Source: Thalia democratica (lineage: Eukaryota). From it: a DNA stretch of 64,000 nt. The notes under the pieces are model-generated. The model was given only the letters and a program-made list of their open reading frames with translations. It searched no databases and was not told the origin of the DNA. Shown piece by piece: positions 1 to 13,500 of this stretch. The DNA lies in the NCBI GenBank assembly GCA_965202585.1, contig OZ241831.1, positions 31,620,001 through 31,684,000 of the forward strand. The letters run 5' to 3'. The position numbers and the translations under genes are program-made. How positions within the stretch are numbered: the first letter of the stretch is position 1; each line of letters begins with the position of its first letter.

Positions 1-745
1 TATTGTAAATTTTCTTGAGAAACCATCAAATACTTCACAGCTTGTAGTACTAATTCCGCCAACAACAAAAATTTTATTACCCATGCTAACTGCAGCATGA
101 AAGTATCTTCTTTCAATCATATCAGGTAAATATTTCCATTTTTTTTCATAATAGTCATATGTTTCTACTGATTTTAAAATTTGGGTACCACTACATCCAC
201 CAGCAACAATAATTCTACCTTCAAAAACTGTACAAGCAGCTGAGTATCTCTTTTCATTTAAGTTAGATATTCTATTTCATATATTGTTTTTAATATCGTA
301 AGTATAACACGTACTAAGACTAGTGCCACCGCTTTCTATCAATCCACCGATTATATACAATTTACTCATGAACGAACAAACAAAATAATCAATTCGTTCA
401 TCAAACTCTACATGTTGATGAGTCCAAGTTTCAATGTTTTCAGATTAATTTCAACAAATAAAATTGACTTACCTAAGTTTTTATCTAATTCTGCATTGTC
501 ACCAATAGCGACTATGCTAGATTTAATTGTAGATAACTCAAAAATATAATGTGGTTTAACCATAGAAGGAAATTTGTTTACTTCAAAAGTAAGTATTTTT
601 AATTCTAAAACGTCGTTTGTAACTTTACCATTTCTGTCTTTTCCTCCACAAACTAAAATACTGAAGCCCTCTTGGTTACAATACCTATTCTCATATAATA
701 TATTTGGTACATGAAAATAAGTCGATTAGTTTTCATCAAATATCA
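1..745 (-). pseudogene. Kelch-repeat (kelch-like) pseudogene, C-terminal beta-propeller region, runs off the window start
   Basis: Minus-strand translation gives NRYCNQEGFSILVCGGKD...KLYIIGG...CYTYDIKNNI*NRISNLNEKRYSAACTVFEGRIIVAGG...SVETYDYYEKKWKYLPDMIERRYFHAAVSMGNKIFVVGG, with Kelch GG/Y/W motifs. Lesions: TAA near 728, a frameshift near 447, and TGA at a Trp position (277-279). No introns seen. Confidence 0.85.
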
Positions 746-1024
746 TAGAAATTTAGTAAAAAAAGGTATATATGAAATCTAAATATTTAAAATAAAGTAA
801 ATTTAGATAAATGAAATCAAAAAAAAACGGCAAATCAGAAAAAAACATTTACTTTTTTAAAATTAGTTTTATATAAATAGCTTAAGTTTAAAACAACGAT
901 ATTGAAAGTTAAATCTGTATTAAAAATAATATTTTTTTAAATATCTGACTATACATTGCTAATTTTTTTTTGTATAAACCTTAAAAAGTTTTCTAGATAC
1001 CAAAATAGGTAGGTGTCAGAAAAG

Positions 1025-1140
1025 CAGAGCGTTTATTTAGCACGGCTCGTCATTTTAGTACAGAGTGACGCTTTAGCACAGTTTTTAAAAAAATGTAACT
1101 TTTGCATGTACTTACATTTAAGCACGGTCGATACTTTTTA
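1025..1140 (+). repeat. Degenerate relic of the (cacttttgcacgg)-type minisatellite
   Basis: Units ttagcacgg, ttagtacag, ttagcacag and taagcacgg resemble the array at 63236-63570. Confidence 0.4.
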
Positions 1141-1473
1141 GTTAAAAATTTAAATAATAATTAGGATTATATTAAATAAAGCATTAAAAACTGAACTTAA
1201 TTGAGTCAGCATCCTGTTGAAATGCATTTTAGGAGTATTTCAAAGTTGGTATTTAAGGTAAAGAACACTTACTAACGTTATTTATTGAAATTAAAACTTT
1301 TCATGTTACTTAGTAAACTATTACGCTTAACACATTAAAAACAAAGTTATAATAAATATGTATTATTTAATAACAATACAATTGCATTAGAAGTCAAATA
1401 CTTATACTAGCGTTTTGTATTTTTCGGTGTCCAAAACTAGATTGCACTAATTGTTTAGACAGAAAACAATAGT

Positions 1474-1797
1474 TGCGAAAAGAGCTACATCGGTCAGACT
1501 TCATGGCACTTAAAAAACCAGGATAAAAGAACATCTACCTGCTTGTGTTTTGAAATTCATTGAAAAAGTACCTGAAATTAAGACAACGGCAACAAAAAAC
1601 GCAGCAAAAAGATCTTCAGTTGCAGAATATCTAATAAATAATAGAGATGGAAATATGACATATCCAGATTTAGAATAATCCATCATTGCAATAGTGTATT
1701 TGATCTCGTGAAGTTGGAGGCTATCTCCATATTTTTGGAGAAACCAGAGCTGTGCAAACCAAAGGAATTCGACTACAAAGTGTATTTATTTACTTAA
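1474..1797 (+). mobile_element. Penelope-like retroelement 3' fragment (GIY-YIG endonuclease C-terminus), frameshifted
   Basis: CEKSYIGQTSWHLK/RIKEHLPACV...SSVAEYLINN.../YDISRFRIIHHCNSVFDLVKLEAISIFLEKPELCKPKEFDYKVYLFT*. The YIGQT...RIKEH motif is typical of PLE GIY-YIG domains. Two frameshifts. Confidence 0.85.
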
Positions 1798-4700
1798 TTT
1801 ATCCATTTTTCATCCGTTAGTAGTATTTGAGTTTAATCATTAATTACCTTACACTTGTAATTTATTGCGCTTATTACTTTGTTAGTTTTACTATTAAATT
1901 TTTGTTTTGTGTAAAAACTATTCATAACTTTAAATTTGTTCTACTGTTAAGTTCTGACGAAAAGTAGTGTAATACGTATAAACTATCACAGAAAAACTTG
2001 GGAGAGTGTTTTATATATCTGTTATGCATTTAAACAAAGGTTTTATTAAAAAATAAATTAAGAATAATTAATTCACTGTATTTTTTTTTTAATTATTCGA
2101 CTTTTTTTTATTAAGATTCTTTAAGTGCAAACGGCTTTTTTTTTCACTTTACATATTTTTAAGCAAATAAGTTTTTTTTTTGTTTTTTTGTTAGTTTAGG
2201 GTCAAAAATCGAGTAGTACTTTCTACAATCGAATAGTACAAAAAGCTTATCATATAGCTGAGACTATTTTGTCATTATCAAAAATATAATTATTAAAACA
2301 CAGTTTACATTTCAAGTATACTAAATTAAAATAACTGCTATAATAACCCGGGCCCGACCAACAAAAATCGCACCTAAACTACAATATCAACCGCTTTTGG
2401 AAACCCTTGGAAACCAATTTCTAAGCAAGAATGATACTTCTAAGTTTTAAAATGCAAGATTGTTTTTTTAAACAAAAAAACTTTAGCGTTTCAAATTGAT
2501 AAGCTTAACTTAAACCTATGCAAGCCCATCAGCACTAAATTATTTGCAGAAATAGCTTGTTTCAGATTTTATTGCTAAAAACATCAGCGTATAAATCAGC
2601 ACAACAAATTGAAAATCGACTCGATTGGCCCAAAAGTTTTTGTCAAGATCATTAATAAAAAGCAATTTTTTTTTTAATTTCTAAAGTTTTATTAATAAAA
2701 AATTAGTAAAACTGAAATTTTAATCCGATAAGGGTACATACTTATTTATGGCTTATTGTCCTGACAAAACGTTAAAAGGTATCCAATAAGCGGGCGTCTG
2801 GATAACCGAAAAGTTTTTTCACCAGGTCCTAGAACCAACTGTTTTGAGTGGTTTTTTTTTTGTCGTTCAGTAAACAATAATATAGCAGCAACAAAATCTA
2901 GTCCTGCAGCCGTTACTTTTAGTTTAAAGTACAGAAAAGTTAAATTTTTCACATTATAAATATCTTAGCAACTTATGTAGCTAAAGATGATTTAAAAAAA
3001 ACTTAATAGAATAATTAACCAACTTTTAATATATATTTAAAAGGGATAAACAAATAACTGATAATATTTATCTGGATAAAAAAGTCAAGTTCAAATTTAA
3101 TTTTGTACTGAAGTAAGAAAATATTGATAATTTGTTTATATATTACAAAAACTAGAACAAGTTCAGTTTAAAAATAAAACTGGGACATGCTATTGAAAGA
3201 ACATGTCTTTAAACTACAACAACCAACTACTTTCAATAAATAATTTAAGGAGAGTTTGAAAACTAATTTAAAATTTATTAACTGTAGTATTGATAATAGA
3301 AAAACTAACTATAATTAAGTTTTAATCTGTTTTATCACAAAGCTTAATATTTGTTTTAGAAGCAATTAAACTACAATACACTTTTAACACAATATAAAGT
3401 TTTTCAAAATAAAATGATTATTTAAATTTTGAGATATATTAATTTTTGTAAAAAGTTTTGGATACAAAAATAGACCTAGCATTTTTTATTGTCAATTTTA
3501 TTTTAATTTAAAATTTTACAAAATTTCTATCATTTCTTTCATTATTTAAGACTAAGACCTCGTTTTTAAAAAAAAAATCCTTTTATAATTAAATGGGTTA
3601 TAAGTGTTAAAGTGTTAAATAGTATCAAAATAAATATAAAGAAAAGTTAGAAAAAATAGTTTTATTTTTTCATTAAATTAAAAACTTTAATATTAGTAAT
3701 AAACATACTGTAAAAAATTGTAGAATGTTGGTTAGAAAAAAAGAAGAAAGTAAATTTAGATAAAAAAGATATTTTTTGAATAGTGCTATTTATAATAACC
3801 TATTAAACTCACTGAATTTGAAGGCTTATACTAGGATAGCTACTTTGAATTGTGTCATGTTAAAAGCTTCTGACAACTAATATAAAACTTTAAAAACAAG
3901 GTCAATTTTAAGAAAATAAGTTGGACCCTCTACAGTAGGGTTTCCCAAACTTTTTTTCAAGTTGTTCCCTTTAAGAAATTTAAAAGGTTATTTCCCACTC
4001 CAACAAAGCTACTCAAAAAACTATTATTTAAAACACCTAAGACTTTTTTTTTGCTCTTTATCTGCAACTCAAGAAGATCTAGTGTAAATTTAAAAAATTT
4101 TAATTGTTCAAAATTTTTAAATCCCCCCCTTTCACGCCTTTACTAATTATTGACCCCTAAGTACTTAAATCGTCTCCAGGGGGCGATATCAACCACTTTG
4201 GATATAGATTTTTTTTTTATTTACTCAATTATACAAAGTTGCTCAGTATAAAACTCAGGATTTTTATACCACTTAAATTTATTGGATTTTTATTTAATTG
4301 ATGTTTTTTTGTTTTTGTTAGAATTATTTTAAAGTTATCTTTTCTTGATTAAGTTTTATAAATTATAGGTTTTTTATAGTAAAAAAGAATAGTTTTTGTT
4401 TATTTTATTTAAGTTTTTGCTACTACCACTTATTAAAGTTATTTTATTTTACTTTTACTAATAAACTCAAGATACTTAATGTGGTAGTTCTTTTTTTATG
4501 TACTAAACTAATTTATACATTAAACAATTTTATTTTCAATGTATGCTGCTTACATTACATAACTTTTTTAAGTTAATTTTGAACTTTTCAATTAAATCAG
4601 TGTTTCATTTTTTCATTCCAATATATTTCGTCAAATTCTATTAATTCAAAAATATTTTTTTTTAAATTTGAGTTTTTTTTTATTCATTAAAAAAATATAA

Positions 4701-7504
4701 AATTAAGTCTGATGTTTAAATTAAAATTATTATTAATATTAATAGATATTAATTTTTTAATTTAAAATTTTTGTTTTATATGGTGAGCAATAAATATTTA
4801 TAAAAATAAGCATTTATTTTTATTAGTTTTTTAGTTATAGAAAGTGCAGAATGAAAATGAATATTTAAAAAACAGCTAGATTATATTATTGAAGTTTTAA
4901 AAAAAAAAAAGAGAACTAGCTAACAAATCAGGCTGATCATAAATATTTGTGTGATTGTTACACTTTATTTAAATAATTAACAATTTTGTTTACGTTTTTC
5001 AATTGGTTTTTAAAGGAAACACTGTACAACTTTGTCCTTGTTTTACTTTTTTATTGTTGGTATATAACCGTATTTAACTTGCAGAAACAAAATGTATCAA
5101 TAAGCTGGTAATGATTAAATTTGTAAATATTATTTTCATTTTGAAATATAATTAACAATAAGTTGAAAAACTGTTTTTAAAAAGTTCAATCTAGTTTTTT
5201 ACAACTTTAAAAAAACTGTTGTATGTGTTATAAAGTTATGACAAAAATAAAAATGAAAAGTCTTTTAATTTTAACTGCACGTATATATACAATTAATAGG
5301 TTTTGAAAATATAAATTTTGTCAACATGAAATAAAACTTTATAAAATTAGAAGTTTTTTTCTTGCAATTTTGTAAGCATTTTTTAAACTTTTTCAATGGT
5401 TTTGAAACACCTAATAGTCTTTTTTCACAAAAAAAATATTTTTTAGATAATTAAAATACATTTTTTAATCAAAGTTATATATAAACAGGGTATGAAAAAT
5501 CAAGACTATTAAAAAGCTAGAATTTCCAGAATACCTTGTCATATTTTATATTCAATAATTGTTTTTTAATTAAGGTTTTTTGTTTGTTACAGTTTAAGTT
5601 TTTGTAAGTATAACATAGTTTTTTAGGTTGTAGTATTATTAATTTTTAATAAACTCTTAAAAGTTTATTTTTAGTATCTTGTAAAACTAGAAGCGTAGCT
5701 AAAGTGCTTTATTTTTACTTATTTTTCTTTCTGTATCACTGGTAGTTTTATTTAATAAACTTTTAATGCTGCTTATCAATAACTATTTTAAGAGAATATT
5801 ATAAATAAAAAGTTTAATAGTTTTTTAAAACCTTACAATGACTTTTTTATAACCTAAAAGTAATATTTTGTTAGCAGTAAAATTAAAAAATACTTAAGAA
5901 ATTTAGTTTTATAAACTGTTCTTTAATTATTATAAATCTAAGTATACTGATTTAAATATCATTACCAAAAGGTTAACTACTTATTTTTCTTTAAATACTG
6001 TTTTTTACATTCTTTTTTAAAGCTTATTTTTTAAACTTTAATATATACTTTATTTATCACATAAAATTATTGAACTTAAATCATAATTATGTGAAAAATA
6101 GTTTTGTTCTTGTGTGAACAACTAAAAGTTATAACTTTATTTCTATTTGGTAAACAGCTTAAAGCAAAGGTTTTTAAGATTTTGTGATAAAAATTTAAAC
6201 TAAAAAAGGCTGTAAATGGTTATACTTATTATTCTTCCTTTTTTCAGTTTGTTGTTTTTTATTTTGTTTTATTGACATCTAATTCTATATCTTGGTCATG
6301 CTTAACAATATATTTTGGTATAATTTACATCATACATCTATTCTATTGCTGGAAGTATTTTAAGTTGTAAAATTATAATTTAATAATTAAAATTTGAAGT
6401 ATATAAAGTTAGTTCTTAAATGAAATAAAATACTCTGTGTTTTATTTTTATCAGAAAAAGCAATTTGTTGTGTAGGTATGGCGAAAATTATACAGCAGTG
6501 TGTAAAAAGTTATAGAAATTATTTTCTTTACCAGAAAAAAAAAATCCATATTTTTAATTTCCCAAAAATTTATTTGACCTCTACTATTTATCAATTTATA
6601 AATTTTTTAAAAGTGTTGTCTGTTTTCTTATAATTTCTGCTTGTGGTTTCAAGTATTTTGTTTAGTAAACTATTTCAATAGTTTAAGTTATTAAATTTTA
6701 CTTATAACACCTTATTCATTAATTTTTTTTAAGTTTAACCATCAAGTACAAAGAGATTTTAAATTAGTTTTAACAAATATAAACTTAATTAAATATGTAT
6801 AAGTCTATATATTTTGTTCACAAAAAGCTACAATTAAAATAAAAATGTTATAATGTTTGCATTAATAGAAGAATATAGTTGAACAAATGTTAATTATTTA
6901 TAACTTTTTAGGTTGCTAGCTGGATGCTTAGGGGTGAGTTTTCTTAATGAATATCTATTTATAAGTTATTAGAAAAAACTTTTTTTATTTTACTAATATC
7001 ATCAGTAAATTTCTGTAAGATGAATTTTTTAAACAACTAAATCTTAAAACTATAAGTGTTTTTACAACAATAGTTTCAAACTAGAATGTTGCATTGTAAT
7101 AAAAAACTACACTTTATAGTATTTTCATTAATATATCTTTTGTTTCTGACTTTCTCAAACAGAAATCTTCTGCACTAAGATAAAAAAAACATAACAACAA
7201 CTTAAACTATACAACAACAATAAAACTAGTTTAAAACTTTCTCCAAAATATTTATACAGGTCTACTTGTCTACAGTTTCAATTTAAAAAATATTCTCATT
7301 CTTCTGATAAAACTTTCGTTTAAATAGAAACAATTAAAATCAGTTTCAGATATTTTTACTGTTTATCTAGTTTCAACCTTCATTTAAACTTGTAAACATA
7401 TATAGTTTTATCTGAAAGTAGTAAATAAAAATACCATTGAAGTTTGTAATTTAGATAAAATTGACAACATTTTGACAAAAGTTATAAGTTTTTAGCAATT
7501 ACAG

Positions 7505-10500
7505 GTTCCTTTTAGACCTTCGCAAAGTTTTGACTTTTTTGTATGCAAGTAACCTTAATTGTTTTTATCATCATTATACCTTAAATCTAATGAATAACTG
7601 CACTATCTTAATAGTTTGTCATAACACATAGGCCTTAATTCCTGAACTATTTTACTTTAACCCTTTAACTTAAAGTTAAGATAAATCTCCTTAATCATGA
7701 ATTTAATCAATAAATACTTTTTTACTTTATTTTTTTAGTATTTAATATCCAAACTGTAACAGTAAACTAAAGCATAACTTAGCCTCAATATGTAAAATAT
7801 ACAAAAATAAGATCTTATGAGAAAGTTTAATTTATGAAAAAAAATAAACTATGTGACTAACCTATATAGTTCGATAGTTAAGTAGCTTAATCAAAATATG
7901 CATCATAGTGAAAAATTTTCCAAAATTAGAAACAATCCTATTCCCTAAAAATGTATTTACAATTTGCTAGTGTATATTATTATCTGTTTTTGTACTTTTT
8001 TCGGGCTAAACAATTAGTTTTAAGTTACATAAAATTGTCTCAGTTTTGATAGATCCAAAAAATTTTATTATTTAAACAAACTGAAATTCAATTAACCTCA
8101 TCAAGTTATTTTTTTTTAATTTAAGTTTTTTTAAATGCAACTATAACCTTTGAATAAGTTAAAAATTTTGTCTTGAACAAATCTTCAAAGATTTTCTTTT
8201 TAAAAAACCAACTGTTTATTTATTTTAAAAAACAATGATGCTACCCGTCGTTCAAAATATTCATTTGTATAACAATCTCAACACACTAGTTTTTAAAAAT
8301 TATCTCGTTTAGCCTAGAACATTTATTGTTTTATATATTTAAGTTGAATAACAAAATTAGAAAACAAAGTTTGCAGTGCTCGTAAGTACTTTTAAACTCA
8401 TTTAACCCTATGAGTAAAAAAGTAAACTACTTTTTTAAATCTCCTGTCTGTGAGTGTTTTTGTTTGTAATAATAAACAGTAAGGAGCAAACTAACATATT
8501 TTGATTATCTACTCATAAAACATTTTTTTGTAGTTTCCTAGGGACTTGGTACAAAGCACAGTTCCTAATCATGTTTTTTCAAACCAGTCAATTTCTATAA
8601 AGGTAAGTTTTTTATTTTGTAACAAATTTTGTTTTTTGTATAAATCATACTAAAACAATACAGTTACATTACAACTGAGTTTTATTAAGTATGTAAACTT
8701 GTGAAAAAATTAAACAACATTTTACCAAAAATTAAATTTTGGTATTAACAAGTAAAGTGTTTTTTAAATTAAAGCTACACAAAAATCAGTTATTTAATTT
8801 TAACTAGAAAAATAGGAGCAATTTAATTTAATCAAAAACTAAAAGTAAACAAGTAAAGGTTTTTAAAGTTAACGTTATTACTACTATAAAGTATACAACT
8901 AGAATATTTTACTTAAATTTTTTAAGTTTTAAAAACCTAAGACTGTCTTTTGACTATCATATTAAAAAGTATTTTTATATAGTTTAGTTATATTCAGATT
9001 AAAAATAAATTGTTTTTTAACTAATTCTACTTATGATTATATGTAACTAGTTATAAGTTTATTTTTTATAGAGTTGACATCAATGTCTAAAATATTTTTC
9101 ACTGTTTTTAAACTTTATCAAGTATTTCTTAAAATTTGCCATACATAAAGAACAATACATTAAAGTTATGCATCATAATTTTATTTCAAATCAAAGTACA
9201 TTGCTTAAAAACTAAGCATAGAAGATGATAAGTAGAGTAAGGCATTATATAAAAAGAAAGTTAAAATTATTAATAACAGTTTATTTTTGTTTATTAAAGA
9301 TTTATCGTAGTTGTTCCTTTAACTTAAACTATAATTAAAATTAAAATGTTTAAGATAATAACCTAATAAAGCAGGTAACATGATATATTTGAGTTTTCAA
9401 AGTTTTTTTTTCCAAATAATAGTATCAAAAAAACTTGAAAATTCAAATATATCATCTTATCTGCTTCATTAGGTTATTATCTTAAATACTTTAATTTTGA
9501 ATAAGTTACAATAAAAAATTTTTGAATCATTTTAGTATAACTGCCAAAAACTTGTAGTTTTTATCTTATAAGATGTGAAAAAAAAGTTAAAAATTATTTT
9601 GTTTAGTTTACTTTCAGCAATTCACCTTACAATAAAAAGTTTTATATTTTTTCACTTTTAAATTTGTAAACGTTATAGAGCTGTTTCATATTTATTTTTT
9701 ATTAAAGGTCCAAGGTATTTATCTTTAATGCTAATTAAAATACCATTCAAACAAAGGACTTGTGCCATTATTCCGATGAGGGGTTTTTCACTCAAAAGTT
9801 GCATTTAACCTGCAACACGAAAACAGGAACTTACAATAGCAAGGTGTTTGCTAAATGTGCCCAGCTCTTGTCAAAAGCTGTTTTAACGTGAGTTTCTTGC
9901 TTCCAATTCTGTGATGTTAAGTTAACAACTTATATGTTTCAATTAGATAGATGTTTTGATAAACAGAATACAACTCAATTCAATCTTTTCAAGTTATGAA
10001 TAAAAAAACTGATTTTAAACTTTTTTATCTTGAAAAAACAGTAAAAGTAATTGTAACAATCTCTAGCTGTTAAGTCGAACCTTCAAAAAAGTATGAGCTA
10101 CAATAATGATCTTTTTAACAAATAATTAAACATGTATAACAACATCAGAATCGAAGAAATACGAGACATAAGGATGATTTTCGAAGCTTTCGAAGAGTTT
10201 GACCAGAAGGGAATGCTTATAAACCAGGGAGATAAAATTTTGAAAACTTTGAAGATTGCCGGCTGGGTCATTGCGCCTGACAAGCTGGTGAAAAAAGTAA
10301 CTTGCTTTCATTCATAAATATCTTTTTCAAGAGTATTTTGTTTTAGTGGATTTTTTATAAACTGTATTTATAAGGATAGCAATTTAAGTTATGCGAAACC
10401 GTGTAAAGTCTGTTTTATGAAGCTGGTTTGATAAAGCTGAAAGGCAAAATGTTTTACTTTGAAAACTTTAGACGTTTTGGAAAAAGTGTTTTTACTTTAT

Positions 10501-13500
10501 AATGTTTTCAATTTATATACTTGGTTTGTTCTATTTTTCATGTAAATTTATAATCACTAAAAGATAAGTGAAACTTTTTTTTCTTGTTCTACCACTCAAT
10601 TTTAAGTATATAATTTTTTAACTAAATAAAGTTGATTAATTTTGTAAACTTTGTATATGTATTGAGAAAGTTAGTTATATTAAAACATTATTATTTAGAC
10701 ACAAATAATAAAGATGATAATAAAAGTAACAAACCTGAGTATTTTCTAGAATTCATTTATTTATATACTTTTTTCATAAAATAGGCTCTATTATTGTAAC
10801 CATGTCAGTTAAGTTATTTTTTCAATTAAATCTGCTTTAAAATTCATTTCAAAAAAGTATATCAAGATTAATTAGTATAAACAAACTTTTTTATTTACTA
10901 AATTTGTCTATGTATTAGTTATCAATACTTTTTTTTTGCAAATTTGATGATGTTAAAGAATTTTTAAATTGATATTATACTGCAATGAAATATTTGTTGT
11001 AATAAATTCATTCAAACTGATCAAGCAGTTTTGTCTACTTTAAGAAACTTTGTATAGTATTAAAACTATTTAGAACAATTTCTAAGTTTATATTAAACTG
11101 CTTTTTAATGATAATAACTTGAGCCACTATACTAAAACAATATATAAAAAAAATATTATTATGAGTGTCCGTAGAATAATTAGAATATAGCTCATTTTAG
11201 TGTTTATGTTTATACTTGTTTCATTTCATTTCAGATTTTACATTGTTAATAAATTATTAAACTAAATTGACAAGGAGTTATTTATTCTTCATGTAAAATC
11301 TTTCTTTGTCAATAACTCCTTGTCAATTTAGTTTAATAATTTATTAACAATGTAAAATCTGAAATAAAACGCACTAAATAAATCCAAAACAATTCAAATT
11401 CATGCATTCCACGCTGAATCCTCCTACAAACCCTTTTGAAAAAATAAATAAAAACTGCAATAAAACGCATTAAATAAATCCAAAACAATTCAAATTCATG
11501 CAATTCCACGCTGAATCCTTCCTGACTCAGCAATTATCACTATCAGCAGCAATTGAACACTCAGCACCAACTGTTGTATAAACAGGAACAAACAGACTTC
11601 ACTTACGGTGATTTCTACTTTGGAGTACTCCACTCTCAAGCTTCCCTGAAGTATTGAAGTCTTTCAACCTACGCAAAGCAAGCGGCACCTTTTTTTTTGG
11701 GAACCATAGGAGCAGGAATGTACTCTTCCTCAACCTCTTCATGATCCGCTTCAACCTTACTGGTTTTACCAGTATTGGCACCGTTGAAATCCTCTGTAAC
11801 CTTTACAGAAGAATCAGGACGTTGATGATCAACATTGCACTCATGTGAGCTTGGTAGATTACTGCTCCAACCTTGGAAAGTTTTTGCTTCAATGCTTGTT
11901 GAGACTGGGTTGTACATCCTTAAAAACTTTCTGTTCCTCTGAGTAAGTCTCCGTGAACCATCAACTCTGACTACATACTGATCATGTGGAAGCACCTCCA
12001 CTACCACTCCGCTTCTGTCCCATTTACGTGGATGAGTCCCACTCTGGTTCTGTAGTAGACACCTACTGCCAACATAGAGAGGTCGCAAATCCCTGGCTCG
12101 CTGGTTAAGTACTTCGGAGTTCTTAACAAATCTTGTACGGAGCGCCTCTTGTTTAAGCTTCCATGCTTTTCTCCACATGGGTCGCACATTAGGATTGGAG
12201 AATTTGTCAAGTTTGTTCAAGAATGAGAAGCGGAGTGGTAATGTCAAGAATGTTTTTATTTATTTTTTTGTTCGTCAAATAAATCCCTTGTTTAAGTTAA
12301 TTGAGCTTTGTTAATGCATAAAATTTAGTTTCATCTTAGTAAAATATTTTTGTTACTTATTTAAATCCCCTCTTGACGAGCTATGTCATTGCCTTAAACT
12401 TTATGTTTATACTTGTTTCATTTCATTTCAGATTTTACATTGTTAATAAATTATTAAACTAAATTGACAAGAGAGCTATTCTTCAGTGTCATTAAAAGTT
12501 TAGTTATAAAAGTTTTTTGATTTTTACTTTAATTGTTGAATATTTTACAAAATTCATCACTTGTCAAAACTAATTTCTCTAAACTAATATCAGTATAATA
12601 AATAAACAGTAGTAAACAGTAATAGCAGTAATAAACAGTACTTCGTACTTAAGCCCGCTTGGTTAGATCACAACAGCGGTTTCTCGCGACTGTTTCTGCC
12701 TGATGAGTCCTAATTAGGACGAAACCGGTCGTAGGATTGTCTCAGATGCTGTTGTTGTTGATCGTGCGGTGAAGTTCATTGTTTATATCTAAACTAGTAA
12801 AAGATATATGTATAGTTTCTATCGATTTTCTACATTTCTATGAAGTTATGTAATGTACACAAAACCTTTTAAAGCTTATTTCTCAGTAAATATTCTATAC
12901 CTAACTGTTGATTACTTTTTATGAAGGTTAGATGTCAATCTAAAACTCTTTTTAAACATCTTACAGCTTCGCCATGTAAAAGTGTCGTACGATGAAAAAG
13001 AAAGAATCCAGTTGTACGAATTTCTCGACCTCATACCATTGTAAGCGTTATAAAATACTATAAATTTTGTTTTTGATTGTTGTTAACATCTTTTATTTTT
13101 GATTTAGGTGTGAAAAACTTCCTATTCCCTTAAAACAAGTTCATAAACATTTGGGAGATGAAAAAACAAAAAGAAGTGTTTACAAGGTTAATTAAACTTA
13201 AAACTATTGGTTTTTTGAGTCATTTAAACAATAATCAAATAAAACAGTTTTTGTTTTTTTTTTCTCGAATAACCAAAAAAGCATGTAAAGCTCTACAAGC
13301 TGAAATGTTTTTTTGTTTTATGTAAAGTTACTTTCCACTTGAGTACTGAATTTGAACACAGATTTTATTGATAAAAAAAGCGTTACTAAAAGGAGGTGCG
13401 TCCTTAAATGGAAGAAGCTTATTTGTGTTATATAAAATTATAAAAAAAAGTGTTTACTGTACTAGTTTTTTTAATCTAATATTAACACAAAAACTGTATA

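Noticed and set aside
277-279. TGA at a Trp position suggesting stop-codon reassignment
   Set aside because: The same copy has a TAA and a frameshift, and the intact genes use TGG for Trp; this is ordinary pseudogenisation.
10067-10148. Apparent premature TAA (10123-10125) in the EF-hand-like gene, or an ATG start at 10132
   Set aside because: Using the acceptor at 10147-10148 joins in phase with the 9757-9887 exon and leaves the stop in the intron.
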